Shown: positions 7,200 through 14,435 of the stretch, one piece after another
Layout of the letters: each line of letters starts with the position of its first letter
How positions within the stretch are numbered: position 1 is the stretch's first letter
DNA from: an uncultured bacterium
GTDB taxonomy: Bacteria > Lernaellota > Lernaellaia > Lernaellales > Lernaellaceae
Length of the DNA: 24,082 nt
Assembly: GCA_964534375.1 (NCBI GenBank)
Contig: CAZHPN010000082.1
Location: forward strand, 1 to 24,082
Direction: 5' to 3'
Program-made: the position numbers and the translations under genes
Notes under the pieces: generated by a model
What the model was told of the DNA's origin: nothing
The model's database searches: none
What the model saw: the letters and a program-made list of their open reading frames with translations, nothing else

Positions 7200-7587
7200 C
7201 AACTTCGTCCAGGCGATCCGAACGGCCGACGTGGCCCCCGGCGGGATGAAATCGGTCGAGTTGAAAGGCCGCGAGTTGGTCATCTGCAATTGCGGCGGGA
7301 GCTTCTACGCGGTCGATCGGCGTTGCGGGCACATGAACTCGCCGCTGGAAAAAGGCACCCTCGAGGGCGCCATTCTCACGTGCGCCATGCACTGCGCCCA
7401 GTTCGACGTGACCACGGGCGAGGCGCTCTCGGGCCCCGTGCCGCCGTACGTGGGCAACGAAAACCCACCGCCGCGACTCGGAGCCTACCTCACGAACGTC
7501 GGCATGCTCATGCAGCACATTCGCACCGAATCCATCGGCGCCTACAAGACGAAAGTCGAATCCGACTGGGTGTGGGTGGCGCTTTAA
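7192..7587 (+). CDS. Second Rieske [2Fe-2S] ferredoxin with C-terminal insertion
   Basis: CGH...CAMH, QFDVTTGEALSGP; TTG start with AAGGAGG 6 nt upstream, overlapping the FTR-like stop. Confidence 0.88.
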   Translation: MNDNFVQAIRTADVAPGGMKSVELKGRELVICNCGGSFYAVDRRCGHMNSPLEKGTLEGAILTCAMHCAQFDVTTGEALSGPVPPYVGNENPPPRLGAYLTNVGMLMQHIRTESIGAYKTKVESDWVWVAL

Positions 7588-7659
7588 TTCTTGAGTTGAG
7601 CCCGCCGGAGGATGCAGAGCCTGCGTCAAGAAAGTGGGATTAGCTGCCGCCAGGCACGA

Positions 7660-7732
7660 CCCCTCCCCAACCCCTCCCCGACGCGGAGAGGGGCTGTTCG
7701 GACGCCTTATTGGCGGGGCGGGCCGGGGTTAA
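7660..7732 (+). repeat. CCCCTCCCC-type palindromic element upstream of DUF559 remnant
   Basis: CCCCTCCCCAACCCCTCCCC...GGAGAGGGG...GGGGCGGGCCGGGGTTAA. Confidence 0.55.
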
Positions 7733-7801
7733 CGAAAAGAAATTCGCCAAGCGACTCGCGCTTGCAATTCTACGGCCAGTCGGGAGAACATCACACCAAT
7801 T

Positions 7802-7915
7802 ATGAGCACGCCGAAATGCATCGTTGCGGGTCAAAAAGTCAGCCAGCAAAAAATTGCGGTGGCCCGCGAATTGCGCAGCAGAATGACGCCGGAAGAAAAT
7901 GCGCTTTGGCAGAAA
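7802..7915 (+). pseudogene. Truncated DUF559 (Vsr-like) endonuclease remnant
   Basis: IVAGQKVSQQKIAVARELRSRMTPEENALWQ matches the DUF559 N-terminal ARELRxxMTPxExxLW pattern; similarity ends after ~38 codons, and no FRRQ/DF/E-x-DG core was seen in this ORF. Confidence 0.7.
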
Positions 7916-8069
7916 CCCACTTTTCTGGCGCAGGCCAGGCGATGCAGTCCCGCGCGGCTGAAAAGCATCGCACGATGTTTTGCCTTCACGCCGGTTGTCG
8001 TCGAGAATGCGCGGTATTATTTTAGCAACAGCCTGCCGCTCGGCCGGCCGATAAAAAAAGGAAGCCCTC

Positions 8070-9728
8070 ATGAAACCCCGCGTGTTGCTGGCTGTCGCGC
8101 TGTTGATTTCGTTGCCATTCCTCGCCTGTGGCGGACAGAAAACGCAAGGCGCCGACGCCGACCAACCGGAGAATTCGCCGGAACCGACGCCGGCGACGTC
8201 CGACGCCCCGATCGTCATCGACGCCGGCGTAGCCGGGCCGCCGATCCAACGCGGGTTGCTCGGCTGGCATGACTGGCAGCCGGACTCGGGCAACATCACC
8301 ACGGCGGAGATCCTTGCCGACGGCAAGAATATCCAAGTCTCATTCTGGCGCGTCGTCGCGGACGACCTGCCATACGATTGCACGACGCAATCGTTCGATC
8401 CGACCGTGCTCCAGGATTACATGGATTGGATGGACGCCATCCAGTCGATCGGCGCCGAGCCGGTGATGTCGCTGTCCTACGTCCCGCCCTGCATGGGCTA
8501 CGAGGGCCAAAGCCACACGTACCCGGTGGACGCCGCGGCGTACGCCAAGTTCCTGGATCTATTCCTTAGCACCTTTGTATCGGGACGAATTGCCGACGGC
8601 AAGCAGCCGCTTCATTACATCGAATCGTGGAACGAGCCGGACTCGCCGCTGGGCGTGAATTTCGTCGGCGGGACGCTCGACGATTTTGTGAACCGCGTTT
8701 TTGTTCCGCTGGGGCTCGCCATCCAGAAGGAGAAGGCGCGCAGCGGGGTCGACATCCAGTTCGGCGGCACGGCCTCGGTCAACGGGTTCGCGTTCGGCGA
8801 TATCGACCCCGATCCGGCGCGGATCCTCGAACTCCTGCGCCCCGACCTGCCGCAGTGGCTGTGCGAGATGGCGGCGTACCTGGCGAATTGGTTTCTCACG
8901 ATCACCGGCGAGGGCGGACTCACTTCGATCCTCGAAGCCGGCGGGTTCCGCTGGACCGACCCGATGGTCAAAGCCGCCGACGCGGCGGGTTTCGACCTGG
9001 ATTACGTGTCGTGGCACAACTACCTGAACAATCCGCTGCCCGGCGACATCCCCTCGGAGCCGCTTCCCGACAAGAACGCGCTTGACGACCTGATCGACAG
9101 CTTCTTCTGCGGGCATAACCCGCTCGCGAACATCGCGCAGTTCGAGGCGGACGCGCTCCGCTGGCGCGAACGGTATCCGGGAAAGAAGCTCCTGCTGACG
9201 GAATGGGGAATCGCCTCCGGAGCGGACGACCGCATCGGGACGTACGATGACGCGGCGTTTCACGCGGCGGCGCTGATCGCGATGCAAACGGGTGGGATGG
9301 ACGGCGCGATGGCGCTTTCGGCCCGCAATTCATCCGAAACCGTTTGGTATCCGCACTGGTTCTTTTACCGCATGGCCGACCAGACTGTGCAAGTGACGAT
9401 GAAGGACTCGCCGGAGAAGACGGGCATCTGGGCGCTGGCCTCCTTCGACAAGAGCGCCGCGCGGCTGACGATCCTCGTGGCCCAGTGGCTGACGTTCTCC
9501 GAGGACGCGACGATATTGCCGATCGATGTGGATGTGCTCGGGCTGCCGCCGGGCCGCTACAACGCGGACGTCTATCAAATCGATCGGGACAACGCGGGGT
9601 CGACGCAACCGAATGCGGTCTACGAAGTCGATGTCTCGACGACCGGTCCGGCATCGTTGCAGATCCCCCTGTACGGCGACGCCGTCGCGTTCGTGGAACT
9701 CCAGATGGTTCCCGGCGGGCCGTCGTAG
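8070..9728 (+). CDS. GH39-like (clan GH-A) glycoside hydrolase lipoprotein
   Basis: Lipobox FLAC; acid/base motif WNEPD; DYVSWHNY; nucleophile motif LTEWG; C-terminal beta-rich region. Confidence 0.75.
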   Translation: MKPRVLLAVALLISLPFLACGGQKTQGADADQPENSPEPTPATSDAPIVIDAGVAGPPIQRGLLGWHDWQPDSGNITTAEILADGKNIQVSFWRVVADDLPYDCTTQSFDPTVLQDYMDWMDAIQSIGAEPVMSLSYVPPCMGYEGQSHTYPVDAAAYAKFLDLFLSTFVSGRIADGKQPLHYIESWNEPDSPLGVNFVGGTLDDFVNRVFVPLGLAIQKEKARSGVDIQFGGTASVNGFAFGDIDPDPARILELLRPDLPQWLCEMAAYLANWFLTITGEGGLTSILEAGGFRWTDPMVKAADAAGFDLDYVSWHNYLNNPLPGDIPSEPLPDKNALDDLIDSFFCGHNPLANIAQFEADALRWRERYPGKKLLLTEWGIASGADDRIGTYDDAAFHAAALIAMQTGGMDGAMALSARNSSETVWYPHWFFYRMADQTVQVTMKDSPEKTGIWALASFDKSAARLTILVAQWLTFSEDATILPIDVDVLGLPPGRYNADVYQIDRDNAGSTQPNAVYEVDVSTTGPASLQIPLYGDAVAFVELQMVPGGPS

Positions 9729-9797
9729 GGCAGGGGCGACATCCGTTAGCGGGAATGGGTAGAATCGCGGATGCACGCAACAACCGAGGATGACACA

Positions 9798-10361
9798 ATG
9801 CGTATACGCTTTTTGACGGCGTTCGTGGCGGCGTTAGGCCTTGGCGTCGGCCTCGCGCTTTCCTACGCCGCCGATGATGCCTCGCCGAAGCCCGCGCCGC
9901 CCGCCGCCGACGTCTGGGCGGACGCGCAATCCGGCTTGCTGTGGCAAATTTCGCCCACGGGCGGCATGCTCAAATGGGAGGCGGCGAAAGCGCATTGCGC
10001 GGGTCTGAAGTTCGGCGGCCACAATGATTGGCGTCTGCCGACGATCGCGGAACTGCGGAGTCTGATTCGCGGCTGCCCGGGCACGGAAAAGGGCGGCGGC
10101 TGCGGGGTGACGGACGTGTGCCGCACCAGCGGCTGCTGGAAAAACCCGTGCGGCGGTTGCCCCGGAAAAGGCGGGCCGGGCGTCGGCGGCGCGTATTGGC
10201 CGCCTGAACTTTCGGGCGACGCCGCCCATTGGTTCTGGTCCTCCTCGGCCGGCGGCGGCAACGCCGGCGGCGCGTGGGGCGTCGATTTCGAGAACGGCAG
10301 CGTCCACAACAGTTTCCTCGAACACCTCGACGGCGCCGCGCGCTGCGTGCGGAACAACTAA
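9798..10361 (+). CDS. Secreted DUF1566 (Lcl C-terminal) domain protein
   Basis: Signal peptide; GLLWQ...WEAAKAHC...DWRLPTIAELRSL...FWSSS...AWGVDF...RCVR; GAGGA SD (alternative start 9771). Confidence 0.85.
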   Translation: MRIRFLTAFVAALGLGVGLALSYAADDASPKPAPPAADVWADAQSGLLWQISPTGGMLKWEAAKAHCAGLKFGGHNDWRLPTIAELRSLIRGCPGTEKGGGCGVTDVCRTSGCWKNPCGGCPGKGGPGVGGAYWPPELSGDAAHWFWSSSAGGGNAGGAWGVDFENGSVHNSFLEHLDGAARCVRNN

Positions 10362-10435
10362 TTTCCTCGCGACGACAGCGTGGCGCCCAGCGAGGCGAAG
10401 ACGTTGCCGCCGCCCTGGGTCCGATCGCGACGGCC

Positions 10436-10969
10436 ATGAAAACCTGCATTGCCCTTTTTCGCGGGATCAACGTCGGCGGGAATAACCCGTTGCCGATGAA
10501 GGATTTGCGGGCGATTCTCGAACGGCTCGGCGCCGAGAATGTGCGGACGTATCTGCAAAGCGGCAACGCGGTGTTTCGGCGCAACGAGGCCGCCGGCGCT
10601 CTGGCGGCGAAGATCGCCGCGGCGATTCGTGCGAATCACGGCTTTGCGCCGCACGTGTTCTTGCTCGACCTTGCCGATCTCGAAAAGGCGATCGCCGCGA
10701 ACCCATTTCCCGAAACCGCGAACGACCCCAAGAGCCTGCACGTTTTTTTCCTGGATTCTACGCCCGTGAATCCGGACGTGACCGCGCTGGAGCGCCTGCG
10801 CCAAGGCGCCGAACGGTATTGCCTCAAGGGAAATTTGTTTTATTTGCACGCTCCCGACGGCGTGGGCCGATCGCCGCTCGCCGCGCGGGCGGAAACGGCT
10901 TTGGGCGTGCCGGCGACGGCGCGCAACTGGCGTTCGGTCTGCGCGATCTTGCGCCTGGCGAAACAATGA
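10436..10969 (+). CDS. DUF1697 family protein
   Basis: IALFRGINVGG...MKDLR...VRTYLQSGN...ATARNW. Confidence 0.88.
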   Translation: MKTCIALFRGINVGGNNPLPMKDLRAILERLGAENVRTYLQSGNAVFRRNEAAGALAAKIAAAIRANHGFAPHVFLLDLADLEKAIAANPFPETANDPKSLHVFFLDSTPVNPDVTALERLRQGAERYCLKGNLFYLHAPDGVGRSPLAARAETALGVPATARNWRSVCAILRLAKQ

Positions 10970-11022
10970 CGCCGCCCGGCCGCGCCGCTGCTTGAACCTC
11001 CTACTGGGCGCCGTTTGAGTAC

Positions 11023-11044
11023 GGCCCCGGACGGGGCCTTTTTT
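11023..11044 (+). terminator. Intrinsic terminator
   Basis: GGCCCC-GGAC-GGGGCC followed by T6. Confidence 0.7.
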
Positions 11045-11284
11045 CTCTACGCGTTCGCCGTCTTGCCTGCGGCGTGGCGGTTCTACCACCTTGTCTCGGC
11101 CGCTCTCGAACGACGCTTGGGAACTTCCGCGACCGGACTCGCGCTCCTAGCGTTCTTCCTTTTCCTCGGTTTTCTGGAAGTCATCGGCTATTTCTTTTTT
11201 CCCCACCCTTGGCGGCGGTTGGAATCACTCGCCTGCCGCGCGATTCTGGGAAAGGCGCGGCGCGCCCGACGGGTGAACGAAACC

Positions 11285-11385
11285 TTGACGGTCGCACGAC
11301 GTTGGAGTAGCTGTGAACGCAATCACGGGCCTCCGGAGATTTTCGTCGATCGAGTCGGACGAGGGGGGGGGGCGGAGTCGAACCC
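11285..11385 (+). promoter_or_regulatory. Diverged fourth copy (D) of the promoter/leader module, containing a G10 tract
   Basis: TTGACG-N17-TAGCTGT, then CGCAATC, GGAGA, and CGGAG at the same offset from the ATG as in copies A-C; G10 at 11363-11372. Confidence 0.45.
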
Positions 11386-13452
11386 ATGCGACGCGGCGCG
11401 CTTCTTTTGTTGTTGTTGCTGATGACAGCCTTGCTGCTTGCCGGCGCGACGGGCTGCGGCGCCGCCGGCGCCCGCACTCACGCGCGGAGCGCGATCGACG
11501 ACGACGGCTCGCCCAGCGACGACGACGACAACGACAACGACGACGCCTCGCCGGACGACGACGACAATGACGACGTTTCGCCGGACGATGACGACAACGA
11601 TGATAATGACGACGACGCCAGTCCGGCCGATGACGACGACGACGTTTGCAGCGCGGACGGCTGGTGCTGGCAAAACCCGCTGCCCCAGGGCAACCGTCTT
11701 TATGCGGTTTGGGGCGCCGCCCGGGCGGACGTGTTCGCCGTGGGCGACGCCGGCGTGATTCTGCACTACGACGGATCCGCCTGGTCGGCGATGGCGAGCG
11801 GCGCGACGGGGCCGCTGTACGGCGTGTGGGGCTTTTCGGCCGCCGACGTGTTCGCCGCGGGCGGCGGCGGCGCGATTTTGCATTACGACGGGGCCGCGTG
11901 GTCGACCATGGCGAGCGGGACAACGGCGCGGCTGGGCGCCGTTTGGGGAACATCCGCCGCCGACGTCTTCGCCGTGGGCACGGAATTCGACGCCTATGGA
12001 TATGCGGTCGCCGGCGCGGTATTTCACTACGACGGCGCCTCGTGGTCGGCGCTGCCCGGCGGCGCCACGACCGGCGGATTGAACGGCGTGTGGGGAACAG
12101 CGGCGACGAATGTGTACGCCGTCGGCTTCGATTCCGCCGACGGCTATTTCGTTTCCGCCATTTTGCAGTACGACGGCTCCGCGTGGTCGGCGATGCCGAC
12201 CGAGACGGAGTACGACCTGACCGGCGTCTGGGCGAGTTCCGCCGCCGACGCGTACGCGGTGGGCGTGGACCCGAACACGAATATGGATGTGATATTGCAC
12301 TACGACGGCTCCTCCTGGTCGGACCAGGATGACGAGAACGCGCCGCCGCTCAACGGGCTGTGGGGCGGCGCGGCGTCGGACATTTTCGCCGTGGGCGACG
12401 CGGGAACGATTTTGCAATACGCCGGGTCGTGGTCGGCGCCGACCTCGGGGACGACGGCGGATTTATTCGGCGTCTGGGGCGGCGCGGCGTCGGACGTGTT
12501 CGCCGTGGGCGACGCCGGCGCGATCTTGCACTACGACGGCGCCTCGTGGTCCGGGCCGACCGGCGCAACGCCGACGTTCGCGGGCATTTGGGGAGACTCG
12601 GCGACGGACGCGTTTGCCGTCGGCGGCGACCCGCTCACCCACTTGGGCGCCATCTGGCGCTACGACGGCGCCTCGTGGTCGGCGATGACAAATTCGGCGA
12701 CCGCGACGTTCGGCGGCGTGTGGGGCGCATCGGCGACCGACGTGTTCGCGGCGGGGACCGAATACGACACGTACGGCAATCCGTGGCAGGCGGAAATTTT
12801 TCACTATGACGGCGCGTCGTGGGCGCCGACGATCGTCGATACGGTGTGGGAACTATTGGGCGTTTGGGGCAGCGGCCCCTCCGATGTCTTCGCCGTGGGC
12901 GTCGCGCCGGACACTTCGTCCGGCGCCGTCCTGCACTATGACGGCGCGGCGTGGACGGCGATGACGATCGGCGCGACGCCCGGTTTGTCGGCCGTCTGGG
13001 GGAGCGCGGCCACGGACGTATTTGCAGCGGGGGGCGGCGGCGCGATCCTGCATTACGACGGCTCGTCGTGGTCGGCGATGGCGAGCGGCACGACCGAGGC
13101 GCTGTACGGCGTATGGGGATGCTCGCCGACCAACGCGTTCGCCGTGGGCGCCGACGGCGCGATTCTGCGCTACGACGGTTCGTCGTGGTCTGCGATGACA
13201 ACGGGAACAACCGCCTATTTCGCGGCGGTGTGGGGCAGTTCGGCGTCCGATGTGTTCGCCGCGGGCGTGCAGAACGGCGCCGACGGATATCCGCTTGCCG
13301 GCGCGATCCTGCATTACGACGGCGCGTCGTGGGCGGCGATGCAGAGCGGCACGGCCGAGCCGCTCAACGGCGTGTGGGGCAGCGGCGCCGCGGATGTGTT
13401 CGCGGTGGGGGCAGGGGGCTCGATTCTGCATTACGGCGGCGGGGGCGAATAG
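11386..13452 (+). CDS. Lipoprotein: Asp-rich linker + 14 Trp-Gly repeats (probable double beta-propeller)
   Basis: LLAGATGC lipobox; DDN/SPDDD linker; CSADGWCWQNPLPQGN cap; 14 WG-type repeats ending ILHYG. Confidence 0.88.
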   Translation: MRRGALLLLLLLMTALLLAGATGCGAAGARTHARSAIDDDGSPSDDDDNDNDDASPDDDDNDDVSPDDDDNDDNDDDASPADDDDDVCSADGWCWQNPLPQGNRLYAVWGAARADVFAVGDAGVILHYDGSAWSAMASGATGPLYGVWGFSAADVFAAGGGGAILHYDGAAWSTMASGTTARLGAVWGTSAADVFAVGTEFDAYGYAVAGAVFHYDGASWSALPGGATTGGLNGVWGTAATNVYAVGFDSADGYFVSAILQYDGSAWSAMPTETEYDLTGVWASSAADAYAVGVDPNTNMDVILHYDGSSWSDQDDENAPPLNGLWGGAASDIFAVGDAGTILQYAGSWSAPTSGTTADLFGVWGGAASDVFAVGDAGAILHYDGASWSGPTGATPTFAGIWGDSATDAFAVGGDPLTHLGAIWRYDGASWSAMTNSATATFGGVWGASATDVFAAGTEYDTYGNPWQAEIFHYDGASWAPTIVDTVWELLGVWGSGPSDVFAVGVAPDTSSGAVLHYDGAAWTAMTIGATPGLSAVWGSAATDVFAAGGGGAILHYDGSSWSAMASGTTEALYGVWGCSPTNAFAVGADGAILRYDGSSWSAMTTGTTAYFAAVWGSSASDVFAAGVQNGADGYPLAGAILHYDGASWAAMQSGTAEPLNGVWGSGAADVFAVGAGGSILHYGGGGE

Positions 13453-13462
13453 CGGCCAGTCG

Positions 13463-13490
13463 CGAGTTACGAATTACGAATTACGAGTTA
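13463..13490. repeat. Heptamer array (CGARTTA)4
   Basis: cgagtta cgaatta cgaatta cgagtta. Confidence 0.85.
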
Positions 13491-13521
13491 CCCGGCGTCG
13501 AGCGTCGAGTCCGGCCGACAG

Positions 13522-13560
13522 CTGTTCACTGTTCACTGTTCATTGTTCACTGCTCACTGT
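13522..13560. repeat. Heptamer array (CTGTTCA)5.5
   Basis: ctgttca ctgttca ctgttca ttgttca ctgctca ctgt. Confidence 0.9.
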
Positions 13561-13561
13561 C

Positions 13562-14305
13562 TTACGGCATGGCCGCGAGCAGTTTCAACGCGAGCGCCTG
13601 GTCGTCGGCCAATTCCTTCTCGAAGCCGGGCCGCGGTTTGAGGCCGAGGGTTTTCTGGCAGACGCGTTTGGCTTCGTCGTATTGCTTCACGGCGACGAGC
13701 ACCTCGGCCAGGCTGACCAGCGTGAGCGAGTATTCCGGATCGAAGCGCAGGCTGGCGCGCAGGTGAACGATCGCGTCGGAATTCGAGGCGACGGGGCTCT
13801 TGTAAAGGATCATGCCGATGACGCGGTCGGGGCCGCCGTAATAGAATGACGGGTCGAGCGCGTGGGCGCGTTCGAGGTGCTTTTCCATATCGCCCTTGAA
13901 CTTCAGCTTGGTCATCGTGCTTTCGTTCTCGACGCTCTTGGCGAGGCACGCGGCGTACCAATAGTGCGCGCCGGCGCTGGCGGCGTTGGCGGCGAGCGCC
14001 TTTTTCGCGGCCTCGACGCCCTTGAGGAACAGGTCTTTTTTCTGGGCCTTCGCGGCGAAGCGGCCGAGGAAGTAATAGGCGCGGGCGATCTCATAGAGCG
14101 GCGTCGCATCTTGCGGCGCGGCCGCGGCGGCTTTTTCGTAGGCCGCGATCGCGTCCTGCACGTGCGCGTCGCCGGCCGAACGCAAGACCCACGCGTCATC
14201 GCCCTGTTTGAGGAGCGCGGCGGCGTCGTCGGCCGCGGCGGGGGCCGCGAGGCACAGCGCCGTCAGGAGCAAACCGGAAATCAGCGATAAAATTCTTGCA
14301 GTCAT
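13562..14305 (-). CDS. Secreted TPR-like helical repeat protein (RMD1/TatT-like)
   Basis: Signal peptide ending APAAA; LYEIARAYYFLG, AHYWYAACL, ALDPSFYYGGPDRVIG; G-rich SD before ATG 14305. Confidence 0.75.
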   Translation of the reverse strand: MTARILSLISGLLLTALCLAAPAAADDAAALLKQGDDAWVLRSAGDAHVQDAIAAYEKAAAAAPQDATPLYEIARAYYFLGRFAAKAQKKDLFLKGVEAAKKALAANAASAGAHYWYAACLAKSVENESTMTKLKFKGDMEKHLERAHALDPSFYYGGPDRVIGMILYKSPVASNSDAIVHLRASLRFDPEYSLTLVSLAEVLVAVKQYDEAKRVCQKTLGLKPRPGFEKELADDQALALKLLAAMP

Positions 14306-14360
14306 GTCCCCCCCTGCGCCGCTGTTGTTCAATTTCTCGACTTCGCGCCAAGATTTTCGC

Positions 14361-14410
14361 GCCCCGGGTCGAAACCCGGGGCTGTTTTCACGGCGTCCCG
14401 TGGGGACGCC
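14361..14410 (-). repeat. Double-hairpin REP-like element
   Basis: + strand: GCCCCGGGT-CGAA-ACCCGGGGC, TGTTTTCAC, GGCGTCCC-GTG-GGGACGCC. Confidence 0.55.
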
Positions 14411-14435
14411 CGAGCTCAGCCTTCGCGTCGGTCCG

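Noticed and set aside
10229..10361. DUF1566 C-terminus as a diversity-generating retroelement variable region
   Set aside because: No template repeat or reverse transcriptase seen in the window; NNC codons are explained by GC3 bias. A remote template cannot be excluded without a genome search.
10990..11290. 6S RNA, tmRNA or RNase P in this gap
   Set aside because: Only a CTTGAACC fragment; no diagnostic termini or long rod structure seen
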